Positions 10,601 through 21,087 of a stretch of 64,000 nt of DNA are shown here, piece by piece. A program made the translations under genes and the position numbers. Source of the stretch: Diplonema japonicum. Lineage: Eukaryota > Protista > Euglenozoa: Diplonemea. The stretch's first letter is position 1; each line of letters starts with the position of its first letter. The stretch is taken from positions 186,001 through 250,000 of the forward strand of contig OZ025706.1 of the NCBI GenBank assembly GCA_964019335.1, in the 5' to 3' direction. The notes beneath the pieces were generated by a model. It made no database searches. It worked only from the letters and a program-made list of their open reading frames with translations, and had not been told where the DNA came from.

Positions 10601-12658
10601 GTGCAGGGACACCGTCTCGCGTGGCACCAGTTGCGACAGGGACATGCGCCGCGGCTCCTGCGAAGCCAGCGACACCGACGCAGGGTGCATCTGCTCGGAT
10701 GCTGTTTGCAGCGGCTCCTGTAGCACAGCCTGCACAGACGCCTGCTGCGACACAAGTGAAACGGGTTGCGATACCATTGACATAGGCGGCTCAGACATGT
10801 GTTGTGACGGTTGCAACGATTCTTGCGACAACTGAAGCACAGGTTGCACAGCAGATGCGTGTTGCGACAGAGGCATCTGCCCCTGTAAGGCAGACTGCCT
10901 CGACATTTGCTGTGAGGCTTGCGTCGCGGACTGTGAAGAAGCCGGCATCGACACTTGTTGCGACAGAAGCATCTGTTCCTGTAATTCAGACTGTAAGGCA
11001 GATTGTCTTGACATTTGCTGCGAAGCTTGCGTCACAGGCTGCGAAGAAGCTGGCATCGATACTTGTTGCGACGCCAGTTGCGACCCGGTTTGTGATAGTT
11101 GGTGTTGTGTCACTTGCTGTGCAGACATTGGCAGCGACACATGTTGCGAGGTAGCATGTGTCAATGCCGAGGACGACATTTGTGGAATTGGCTGTGACAG
11201 TGCTTGTGATACCGGTTGCTGCGATGATTGCAGTGGTACTGGCTCGGATACGTGTTGTGACGGTTGCAACGATTCTTGTGACACCTGAAGCACAGGTTGC
11301 ACAGCAGATGCGTGTTGCGACAGAGGCATCTGCCCCTGTAAGGCTGACTGTCTCGACATCTGCTGTGAGGCTTGCGTCGCGGACTGTGAAGAAGCCGGCA
11401 TCGACACTTGTTGCGACAGAACCATCTGTTCCTGTAATTCAGACTGCCTTGACATTTGCTGTGAAGCTTGCGTCACGGGCTGCGAAGAATCCGGCATCGA
11501 CAAGTGTTGTGACACCATTGACACAGGCTGAGAGACCCCATTGGATGCTGCTTGTGAGAGGGCCTGTTGTTGTGACACGGCGGCAACCTGTCGCACAGGT
11601 ACAGATACCTGCTGCGATGCTTGATGGGAAGGTTGCAACGATGCTGCCTCGGATAGCTGGGTCGTCGCTACGAAGGCTGACTGTGAGAGCGGTCGCGATG
11701 CCTCCAGCGTGTGCACGGGAGCGCTGGGCTGCTGGCCTTGCTCTACATTCGACGGCTGCGTCATGACCGCGTGCCCGACCTGCGTGTCCAGCACAGGCAT
11801 GGAGTCCAAAGACTGTGACACAAGGCTTGGCGTTGGTGTTGTGGTATGGAAAGCAGACCTGTTCTCATCCGACGCAAGCGGGGGGACTGTGGATGCCCGT
11901 GAGAGGTGGCTGTTCTGCGGGGTTTGGATGGGAGTGTGCGCAGCACCCGTCCTGGGTGTGTTGGGTGCCGAGACCGCAGCGGGCTTTTCCTCTGGGTACA
12001 GGGTAACGGTGACGTTCGGCATTGCCCCTGCACGGAGGCTTGTCCACACAGAAACGAATGACTCATAGAACAATTGGTTGACTCGAAGCGTCTCCCCGTT
12101 GCACGTCACTTTGCACTGATGGCCGACTGTGGCGGCGCTCTTCCCGGGGCCGGAGAGGGCTTCTTGGAGCGACTCCCAGAACGATTTCTCCGGCACTGAG
12201 GTGGGAGGAGTAAGCTGCCTCCTTGTTGCAGAAACTTCTCGTAGCTGAGCAGTGAAGTCAGGTTCGGGTTTGCACGGTCTTGAGGGCGAGATGTTCTTGC
12301 GGTTTTCTGGGAACTGAGCAAGGGGTGTGCGAGAGGAACGGCGTGATGAGCCGGGGTGCTCCGCAGTGGCACGGATGCGCGAGAGGAGGACTTCTGCCCA
12401 TGTGGCTTGCTCGGCTGCCTTCATCTCAAGCTGTGCATGCTCTTCTTTTCTCTTTTTGAGCTCTTCTCGCAGCTGCAGAATAGGATGGTACTCCTCTCCT
12501 AGGTGCGCCTCGCCAGTAGTCTTACAGTACGGCATATCAGGTTCATCACACAGACCCAACACACACACCTTCTTACTAGCAACAGAAGGAGGGTTGCCCA
12601 TGGGCGGGACACTGCTGTGCCATGACGTGGCGCTGCTTATACTTCTTCGGTCACCCAT
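7644..12658 (-). CDS. Large Ser/Gln/Pro-rich low-complexity protein with central coiled coil (two track ORFs joined)
   Basis: ORFs 10028..12658 and 7644..10154 join in frame by removing the 35-nt intron 10122..10156 (GTATGG...ACACAG), giving DLQDRLQRLE|EAFEQATQ. A second, in-frame candidate intron lies at 7680..7718 (GTATGT...ACGCAG, 39 nt). Confidence 0.75.
10790..11510. repeat. Intragenic duplication (two ~260-nt copies about 453 nt apart) with SQQ/ASQ sub-repeats
   Basis: SQPVTQASQQMSRQS...QGQMPLSQHASAVQPVLQ.SQESLQPSQH.SEP occurs twice; the same DNA string starts at ~10838 and ~11291. Confidence 0.85.
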
Positions 12659-12778
12659 TTAGCGTTCATTTCTTCCCCCCCGTTTCTCGTCTTTTTTTTC
12701 TCTTTTTTTTTTTGTTCTCTTCTTTCCCCTATTCTTTTTCTTCCGATGAATAAATAATAAATAATAACAATAACTGTG

Positions 12779-14134
12779 TCACCCCCCGTAGTGTTCGGCC
12801 CTCCTCTTTGATCGGGAGTTTGCGGTTCGAGCTCCGAAAGACGAGAAGCGTTTGCCGGGTGCGTTTGTCGACACCAGCTCGCGCGATTTTTCAAGCAGCT
12901 CACTCATATCCTTTTGGGGGATGTCGAGGGGTTCAATTGCAACACGCACCGTCTCCTCGTATTGCTTAATGAAGGGCTCCTCTCCAGGGGACAGGATTGT
13001 GATGACCGTCCCAAGGGCAGAGGAACGCCCGACTCTACCTGCTCGTTTGATGTAGGCCTGCGGAGTTGTCGGGAACCCTAGGTTGATGATGACATCGAGT
13101 CCAGGGATGTGTATACCATGTGAAAGTAAATCTGTCGCAAGGAGAACAGGAGGCTCCGCTGACCCCTCGATGTTCCCGCAGAACCTTCTTATCCGCTTGA
13201 GACGGTCAGACGAGGACAGGAAGCTTGTCAGCTCTTCGACGGTACCCAGCTCGCTGAGGAGCTTGCGTTTTTTTATGTCTTCGATTGTTCCAAGAGAGTT
13301 CCCGAAGATAATAGCTTTTGAATGGGGTGATTCCTTCCAATGCTTTTTGAGAAGGTGGATGGCAAGGGGTGTCTTGTCGATGTGAGGGTACACCACTGCA
13401 CTATGTTTGACAGAGGGGTTTTGCTTCCAAGGGAACTCCATGTGTTCAGGAGTGCCTCGAAAAAGATTGCGTGCTATGTCTTTAATATTCCTCGGGGCGG
13501 TCATTGACAGCATTACAAGCTGGTAGGAAATTCCGGTATTTTTGAGCAATTTGAAAAGGTTGATGACCTCAGGGGTCTCACCGGAGTACACGTGTTCCGC
13601 ATCGTCGACCACAACAATCTTTACATTCTCGGTGTTTATGTTGCCGTGCTCTATGCTTTGCTGCAGTTTTCCTGGTGTGGCTACTATTACATCAACGTAT
13701 TCGCCTTCTTTTATCAATTGCGCTGCAGTGTCGTTCCCTTTTACAACGCAAGCTACGCTTAGTTTCTTGTTGGCTGCGTCCTCGATGCTTTTTGCAACTT
13801 GTTTGCTGACTTCGTATGTGGAACAGATGACAAGCGCGTTTGGGCTGCCCACCTCAGGGGGTTCCAGCTGTACTAGCTTCTCCATCATCGGGAGGATGAA
13901 CCCAAATGTTTTCCCGCAGCCCGTCCCCGCCGTGACCAGCAGATCCTCCCCGTTCAGTATTCTTTTGTACAGTTCCGCCTGGATAGGGTACATCTTGTCG
14001 AACCCCATGGCCGTGAGAACCCTCTTGCTGTTCTCGTTAATCTTATTGCCGTGTGATTCCAATGGGGCCAGGCTGTAATACTCCTTCGGGGGAATGTGAT
14101 GTGTCGCCCATCTTTTTGCCATCCTTCTGAGCAT
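12779..14134 (-). CDS. DEAD-box RNA helicase-like protein with degenerate motifs; probable mitochondrial
   Basis: Q motif (GFDKMYPIQ), TGCGKT, ATPGKL; motif II reads DDAEH, III SMT, V ATDLLSHGIHIP, VI YIKRAGRVGR. N-terminus MLRRMAKRW. Confidence 0.85.
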   Translation of the reverse strand: MLRRMAKRWATHHIPPKEYYSLAPLESHGNKINENSKRVLTAMGFDKMYPIQAELYKRILNGEDLLVTAGTGCGKTFGFILPMMEKLVQLEPPEVGSPNALVICSTYEVSKQVAKSIEDAANKKLSVACVVKGNDTAAQLIKEGEYVDVIVATPGKLQQSIEHGNINTENVKIVVVDDAEHVYSGETPEVINLFKLLKNTGISYQLVMLSMTAPRNIKDIARNLFRGTPEHMEFPWKQNPSVKHSAVVYPHIDKTPLAIHLLKKHWKESPHSKAIIFGNSLGTIEDIKKRKLLSELGTVEELTSFLSSSDRLKRIRRFCGNIEGSAEPPVLLATDLLSHGIHIPGLDVIINLGFPTTPQAYIKRAGRVGRSSALGTVITILSPGEEPFIKQYEETVRVAIEPLDIPQKDMSELLEKSRELVSTNAPGKRFSSFGARTANSRSKRRAEHYGG

Positions 14135-14935
14135 TCTTTTCCCCTCTTTTCTTTTTCGCGGAATCTTTTTTTTTTTTTTTTTTTTTTTTGGTAAAGCTAA
14201 AAAAAAACATTAAAAAAAATTGGGGAGAGAGGATTTTTTTGGAATATGAGGGGGGGGGGGGGGGGGGGGGGGGCAGGGGCAGACAGGGGGGTGAAGGGAA
14301 GAAACCATAGGAGAAAGAGAAGAAAAAAAAAACATGGGAAAGAAAAAAAAGAAAGGAAAAAAAAAAAGAAAACGCAAGAATAACATGCCATATATGGTTC
14401 GGAAAGCATCATGTTTGGAAAAAAAAAAATAAAAAAAGAAAGAAAAAAGAAAAAAAGGAGGGGGTGAAGGGACGAAGGGAGAGGGGGATTGAACTATAAG
14501 GGAAAGGTAAGGTGTTGTTACCCGCCCGATACTTGCTGGCAAGAACCTTCAGAAGACAGAAGGTTAAAGCTATGAGTTTAGGCACTCAGCTTAACGTTGG
14601 CATTGTTAGACCCATCACTCGGCCCACCCTCTTGCCTTCTTCTGTTTCCCTCTCACTGCTAACTCGCTAAAAGAAAAATAAGAAGAAAAAGGCAACAAGA
14701 GAACAAAAAAGAAAATAACAAACAGGATCCAATTTCTTTTTTTTCTCTCCTTTTTTTGTTTATTTATTTTTTTTTCTTTTTTAATAACATGATTTTCCGC
14801 CAATAAATAGTCTTCTTTTCTTTTTTTTTTTATTTGCTTGCTTCAAAAAAAAAAAAAAAAAAAAGGGTGAGGTGGACACTAATATGAATGAAAAAAAAAA
14901 AAAACCATCCTCCCACCACTTAAGAGGGGAGCGTC

Positions 14936-15001
<66 letters not shown>

Positions 15002-15118
15002 AAACAAAACCAAAAAGAGTCGGAGGCGGGTGGGTACAGAAAAAAAGTACAATACAAAATCACCAGGTTTACCGGATACACTTTTTTCTTCTTCTTTTTC
15101 TTTTTTTTTTTTTTTCGA

Positions 15119-15822
15119 TCATGCAGACGGAGATTTCAGAGGAGTGGTGAACTGCCCCCTCGCTGACCTTGGCACGGGGGACGCAACTTGAGGGGAAGAA
15201 GGCCTAGAGGGAGCCTTGTGTGAGGAGTGATCCGTGGACTCAGAAGACTGCTGCTGGAGGAAAACGTGAATGTCAGACATTATAGACTCCTGTATGGAGG
15301 TGTCTATGCTGTAGTTCGAGAGCACGCTGCGAACCGTGTTCGGGAGGAGGAGCTGGCTGCGAGTAAGCTCTTGGTTCTTTACCATTTGCTCAAGTGTGGT
15401 GCACCTTGCTTCGAGTTCAATGCGCTTCAGCCCATCCCTGCTCTTGGACGACATGGAGTACCTTGTGGGTGACCTATCTGTGTATGCACCCAGCTGCCTC
15501 TTCAAGGCGTCTCTCTCTCTTGTGACCGACACTAGTTCGGATTTCAACAGTACGGGTGACCTCTCTTGCACGCCGTTGGGGTAGCACCCGGCCATCACTA
15601 GCTCGTCCTTTAGCTCCTCGTCCAAGGAGGTTCTCCCGTCCATTCTCAGCCTGGTCAGCTCTTCCTCTGCCCTGCCCCTCTGCATCCTCAGCACCTTGAT
15701 CTCATCCAAAGCCTGGTTCAGGAGGCTCTGTAGATAGTCTTCTTTCTTCTGTGCTTCCCTTACCGCCAGTTCCCAACCTGCAGATAGACCGCTAGATGGT
15801 GTGCTGCCTGGGAGGGGAAAAA

Positions 15823-15856
<34 letters not shown>

Positions 15857-16495
15857 CCATACCGTGTCCGTTCTCCAATTGTTCCAGCTCCGACACGATC
15901 TCGTGAAGCTTCTTCCGCAGCATTCCGGCTCTTTTCGTCTTCGGTTCCTGGCCCCTTGAGTAGAGTCTTTGGACCTGGGCGCTGTTCTGGGGGAGTGCAG
16001 GGGCGCTCCTGCTCCTGTTTTTTTTTTTTTTTTTTTTTGTTTGTCGTTTGTTGTGAAAAGAAGGAGGAGGAATTACCTATGGAAAACCGCTGAGTTAAGG
16101 TCAGGCACTTTAACAGGGCGCGACCGCTTTGCTGCCCGTTCGATGGCTTGCTTCACCCTGTCCTGCGTGGACCGCGGGGTGCTAAAACCCTGTTTTTTTT
16201 TTTCTCCTTTTTTTTTTTCATGTCTTCTTATTACATACAGGGCTATTTTCATTTTGTTCTCTCGGTGACTTCTTTGGAGTCCTAGTGTTGCAAGACCCGA
16301 ATGCAGCTTTTTGGACTGGGACGGAAGCTGATCTCTGGTGGTGAGTGGGTTTGGTTTCTTATTATTTTAAGGCCACACCGTAATTTTCCTCGAAGCAGGG
16401 ACCCTACTCGCTTTTTTCTTCAGATCGCTGTGTTGCCTCTTTGAGGTCCGCATCTGCTCGGACAGTGGGGACGTGTCTAAATGGTAGCCGTTCAT
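15119..16495 (-). CDS. Hypothetical coiled-coil protein, 5 exons
   Basis: ATG 16495; introns 16335..16378 (phase 0), 16190..16238 (0), 16015..16076 (2) and 15808..15862 (1), all GT..CAG, give one continuous frame into track ORF 15119..15709. Confidence 0.75.
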
Positions 16496-16763
16496 TTGTT
16501 GTTGTTGTTTTTTTTCTTTTTTTTTTTTTTTACCCCTTTTTTTTTTGTTTTTTAAACCTCACTTCTTCTTAAAAGAAAAAAAAAAAAAACACAAACTAAG
16601 GAATAAGTGGCGGGGAGTGAAAATTTTGCCCCTTGTGTTTATAAGGACATACTAAGAGAGAGAGAAGGGGGGGGGGTGATGGGGGTATCACTGAAGTACA
16701 AACTTTTTTTTTCAGAACCCAGTCTTTCTCCTCCCTAACATTTTTTTTTTTTTTTTTGTTCTT

Positions 16764-16797
<34 letters not shown>

Positions 16798-16935
16798 ATC
16801 CCTTCGAGGGAAGAAAACTGGGCCCCACAGCAAAAACAACAACAACAAAAAAAAAAAATCGCAACAAAAGAATTCATTCGCAAGGGAGGAGCGGGGGGGG
16901 GAGGAGGAACTGATATATTCCTATACCAACAAAGA

Positions 16936-19908
16936 CTAAGATTTCGGGGAAATTGTGGGCGGCCGTTTGTTAACAACACTATTGTGCCGCAGCCGGTGTG
17001 ATTTGATGCTGAGGGTCGCGTAGAATCGGATGAGGAAGTCGCGCAGCCTACACGAAGGGGGCAGCACCGGGACGGGGTTTTTACACAGCGCACAGGCGGC
17101 AATGGCCTCGATGAACTCACTGAACACCATCTCATCGAAACCAGCTCCGTCCGAAGGCGACTGACAATTGCTAAAGATGAGGGAAACCGCAGAGATAGAC
17201 AGCGCCTCCCCCGTGACCTTGGCCTCTGTGAGCATCCTCCAAAAGTCCTTCAGGTTCATGGTGGAAGTCTGTGCAGAAGCTTTATCAACCACACAATAGT
17301 GGTTAAAAGTCTTCAAAAGTGTTGCCTTGAAATCATTGACAACCTCTTGCATCTGAGGAGTGCTGAACATATCTCGGTACTCGTCCACATTGCTGTACAT
17401 AACACAAGGGAATACAGACTGAACTAGGAATTGTTTCAATCGGTCCGCAATCGACAGCCCTCTTGCAGGAGGTATCTTAACGTGCGCTATGCGGACGAGG
17501 GTCTCGACGAAGGCCTGCGGGTTCAGTTGTAAAATATTCTTGGACACGCCGGAGGCTACCGTTGTGAAGATTTGCTCGGCCTGCTGCGTCGAGATGGAAT
17601 GCTTCGGGGGCTTCACAACATCGCAGAGCAGCGAACAATCCGCCATGAATTTCATAAAATCATCCAGACCCATCTCGGTCGTCTTTGTAGTGAGTCTTGC
17701 GTAGTACCAATGAATCTTCTTGATCTTTTTGTAGAAGCCTTCCAGGACCTCTTCCGTCTCCTTCACCTCGTCCTCGGAGATCCTGAATTTTATACTGCTG
17801 TTCTTTTTCTTCCCCAACGGACCCGACTTGGGCGTCCCGACTGGGCTTGGAACAGGCGACGGGTTAGTACTCCCAGCAGGGCTCGACGACAATGGGACTC
17901 TCATTCGGTCCAATCGTATTTTGGTGAAGTTCAACTTGTCTCGCGACACGGCGTCGTTGACGATAGTTGAAACGTTTAGCGTTGCGGGGAGAGGTGTTAG
18001 TTCGCCTTGGGCGGCCTTCCCCCTGTGGTATTTTCTGATGACGCCCTCTTCCGTGTGGCGAACAAGATCCATCCATTTCCGATCTTCCAAAAGAACGGCT
18101 TTGAACTGGTCCGACAAGTCGGTCATTATTTTAACGCTTTGCTGCACCTCGGAGGTGGCCGCCCATGTTTTGAAGATTTGAAAGCAGATGTACAAGTTCA
18201 CGCTGCTGTCACCGCCGAGGACGTCCTCGATGGGTGTGTCCGACAACGGCGCTCCGAATGTAGTTAGGACAGCGAACATCTTCTTGATGATCGTTCGCGC
18301 GTCGATTATCTTTGCGTTGGATGCTTCAAAGGCGTCTGGGAAGAGGTGGATCATGACTGTGCAGAAGACGGCCCCGTCTTGCAGGTCGGTGGTGAAGTTG
18401 TCAATGACGCGAGTCGACTGTGCGGTGTCGAGGGCCCAACGCATGAAGTGCAGCACGATCCTGTCGCTGAGCAAACATTCTTTTATCCCGCCCTTCACCA
18501 AACCCTCGCCTTCAACTGTTAAGTACGGTACTTCAGGCATCTCGCCTTCGCCGTATTGAAGAAGAGCGTTGCAGAACTTGTCGAAGCCGGGACGGGGTTT
18601 GTTGTTTGAAGTCTTGTGAGCGACGTGGGATAACATTTCGTTCGCGCTTTTCTCCGCCTTGTTCTTCTCCTCCGTGCGCCCTGCGAGCTCGAGCTGGAGT
18701 TTTTCGATCTGGTCGTGCAGGTCGTTGATCTTCCCTTCAAACGCTTCATCCTTTTGCTTTTCCTCCCGCGCCTTTCTCGCGTCCTCTTTAATATGGTAGT
18801 TCTGAACCCGTTCGATCTCTGCCCTGCTCGCTGTAAGCTCCAAGTGAAGATTCTGCCGTTCACTTTCCAGACACGCCATGTCGTACTGCTGGCCTTCGAT
18901 GGTAAGGTCTGTCGAACGAGATAGCGAACCGAGTTGATGTTTAAGAGACTGTTCTTGGCTGTATTGAAACTTGTCGGATTTCGTGAGATGGTGGACCTCC
19001 CGCCAGGTGGAGAAGGCTTGCAGGAGAACGAAACGGTTGTGCTGCCGTGCGAGCCTTGCTACGTGCACCACTGTCTTCCGTTTTCTCTCCCAAGCGACGC
19101 CACGCCACGCCCGTAGGACGAATCGGAGGACGCTGTGCTCCGTGTTTTCCGCCTCCCTGATCTCTGTTTTCAAAGACGCTGCAAGGTTCTCTGTTTTCGC
19201 GACGAAGGCCTCTTCAAGCTGCTGCACTTTATCAATGTTCAGTCTGTACTGCTCTTTGAACAGTGGTTTTGATAGAAATTTCGTCGATACGACTTCTTGC
19301 ACATCTCGCTCTTGTTCTTCGGGGACGAAGATGGCTGTCGCTAGTTCCTTAAGAAGAGGGATGTTAGGGGAAGAAGGGAAGATGTGCGTCACCATCTTCT
19401 CGAGGATCATGAAGCACGTGGTGACCCTCAACCTGGCGGAGTGCACGCAGTCTGGGAGCATCTGCAGCTGGCACATCACAGACTGACACCATTCGTGAAA
19501 GAGGAAAGTCGATCGTGGAGACGGTGACTCATACAAGTAGGAGAGCACCCAGAAGTTGTAAAGCTCGTGAACGCCTGTGGGAGTCAATGTATTCCCGATG
19601 GTCGCATTTTTGAAGATTTTCTTGAACTTCGATTCTTTCACCATTTCAGCCCCATCTATCCTTTGCACCATTGGGGATACCCTTCGGCCTACCGGCCCTG
19701 ATGCAGGGGGCACAGGCGATACAGGGCTGCAACTCCCGATGCTGCTATCCATGTCACTCACCACTAGCCGTGTATCCAACCTCGCAACTTTTCCCCTTGT
19801 CATCGCAGACAGCCTGCTTGGGCTCTGGATTGTCGGTGGGGGAGGATACCATAGTTGCATTTCAGTATTCGCCTCCTTCTTCCACTCTTGATACTCAGCA
19901 GTGGGCAT
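16936..19908 (-). CDS. Large cytoskeletal/flagellar-type protein: coiled coil, calponin-homology-like domain, two C-terminal EF-hand/p25-like repeats
   Basis: IDNFTTDLQDGAVFCTVMIHLFP (CH-like); repeats MGLDDFMKFM...AFVETLVRIA and MNLKDFWRML...EFIEAIAACA. Start taken as MPTAEY after the A-run. Confidence 0.7.
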   Translation of the reverse strand: MPTAEYQEWKKEANTEMQLWYPPPPTIQSPSRLSAMTRGKVARLDTRLVVSDMDSSIGSCSPVSPVPPASGPVGRRVSPMVQRIDGAEMVKESKFKKIFKNATIGNTLTPTGVHELYNFWVLSYLYESPSPRSTFLFHEWCQSVMCQLQMLPDCVHSARLRVTTCFMILEKMVTHIFPSSPNIPLLKELATAIFVPEEQERDVQEVVSTKFLSKPLFKEQYRLNIDKVQQLEEAFVAKTENLAASLKTEIREAENTEHSVLRFVLRAWRGVAWERKRKTVVHVARLARQHNRFVLLQAFSTWREVHHLTKSDKFQYSQEQSLKHQLGSLSRSTDLTIEGQQYDMACLESERQNLHLELTASRAEIERVQNYHIKEDARKAREEKQKDEAFEGKINDLHDQIEKLQLELAGRTEEKNKAEKSANEMLSHVAHKTSNNKPRPGFDKFCNALLQYGEGEMPEVPYLTVEGEGLVKGGIKECLLSDRIVLHFMRWALDTAQSTRVIDNFTTDLQDGAVFCTVMIHLFPDAFEASNAKIIDARTIIKKMFAVLTTFGAPLSDTPIEDVLGGDSSVNLYICFQIFKTWAATSEVQQSVKIMTDLSDQFKAVLLEDRKWMDLVRHTEEGVIRKYHRGKAAQGELTPLPATLNVSTIVNDAVSRDKLNFTKIRLDRMRVPLSSSPAGSTNPSPVPSPVGTPKSGPLGKKKNSSIKFRISEDEVKETEEVLEGFYKKIKKIHWYYARLTTKTTEMGLDDFMKFMADCSLLCDVVKPPKHSISTQQAEQIFTTVASGVSKNILQLNPQAFVETLVRIAHVKIPPARGLSIADRLKQFLVQSVFPCVMYSNVDEYRDMFSTPQMQEVVNDFKATLLKTFNHYCVVDKASAQTSTMNLKDFWRMLTEAKVTGEALSISAVSLIFSNCQSPSDGAGFDEMVFSEFIEAIAACALCKNPVPVLPPSCRLRDFLIRFYATLSIKSHRLRHNSVVNKRPPTISPKS

Positions 19909-20295
19909 TTTCTTTTTCTTTTTTTTTTTCTTTTCCCTCTTCCACACCCCCCTCTTTGAAACAGGTTGCGTTTAAGAAGAAAGAAGGAATGGGGAATAGA
20001 TAATCTAGATGGGAGGGGAAGGGGGGGGGGGGGGGGGGAACCTTCTCGAAGTTTCTTTTTTCTATAAAAAAAAGAGAGGAAAGCATGACTTTAGTTGCTT
20101 TAATAGCCTTACGAATAAACCTCTGGTCCGTTTGTAACGGGAGATGTTCGCCTTCTTCTGCACATGAAGGGTATGTCGTCCATTATAATATGAGATCGCT
20201 GAACCCTCCAGTATTCAAAAAATAAATCTTTGATCAACAAAACAAAAACAAAAAAAAAAATCTAAACTCTGTTCCCCATTCTCTTTCGATCTAAC

Positions 20296-21051
20296 CTAGA
20301 AGTCATCATCAAAGGACATCTCGGTAACATGCTCATCGATGAACCCCTTCACCAAATCGTAATTGGAGTGTTGCAACGAGCCCACAAGCTGGCCCGACTT
20401 GTAAATCTGAAAAGTTGGAATTTTCTGAACCCCACATTGTTCGTGCACTTCGAGAAGCGCGTCTCTATCAATCTTCAACAGCTCAGTGTGCGGAAACACG
20501 GCCTGCAGCTCGGGCAACCGCGGTTTGATACGGTTGCAAGGAGCACACCACGACGCAAAGAAATCAAGGATGGTGAAGGTGTCCCGAGAGACTAACGACT
20601 GGAAGTGTTCCTTGGACTGGACATGGGGAATGGGGTCCACCGTGATGGCATCTTGAAGCTCAGTTCTCGCAGTTTCTTTTGAGGAGAAATCGGTGATCTC
20701 TTTGGTCTTCTTGCCGTTGCTGTAGATTACGATGCAAGGGACTTTCTGTAAGCCCAGTTCATATGAAATCTCTCCTGAGAGGTCCTCCTTGTCGACGCTG
20801 AATGTAACTTTTCGTAAGTCGTTGGCCTGTGCAGCCGCAGCGATGTTTGCGGCAGCCAGGGACTCTGTTTGCCGCCATCCCGCTGTGGCCACGACCACAC
20901 CCAGCTTGCTGTTCACAATTTCCATGACGTCGCTCAAATCCTTCTCCACAACCTTCGGCTTCTTGGCGATCGTGTTCTCGAGGGACGGTCGCTTTCTCTT
21001 CCCCAACACCTCCCAGTGGTTCACTTCCAGGCGACACAGTACGTTAGTCAT
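20296..21051 (-). CDS. Two-domain thioredoxin-like protein
   Basis: C-terminal domain ILDFFASWCAPC...KIPTF; N-terminal Trx fold lacks the CxxC (AGWRQTES...KVPCI); basic KRKRP...KKPK segment near the N-terminus. Confidence 0.85.
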   Translation of the reverse strand: MTNVLCRLEVNHWEVLGKRKRPSLENTIAKKPKVVEKDLSDVMEIVNSKLGVVVATAGWRQTESLAAANIAAAAQANDLRKVTFSVDKEDLSGEISYELGLQKVPCIVIYSNGKKTKEITDFSSKETARTELQDAITVDPIPHVQSKEHFQSLVSRDTFTILDFFASWCAPCNRIKPRLPELQAVFPHTELLKIDRDALLEVHEQCGVQKIPTFQIYKSGQLVGSLQHSNYDLVKGFIDEHVTEMSFDDDF

Positions 21052-21056
21052 GATGG

Positions 21057-21087
<31 letters not shown>

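Noticed and set aside
10804-11766. Plus-strand Ala/Thr/Val-rich ORFs; periodic repeats suggestive of an array
   Set aside because: They are the antisense of the in-frame SQ-rich repeat; no constant repeat/unique spacer structure, so not CRISPR.
14528-14700. U1 snRNA call
   Set aside because: Only a partial 5' resemblance; no convincing U1A loop or correctly placed Sm site. Kept only as an unassigned structured island.
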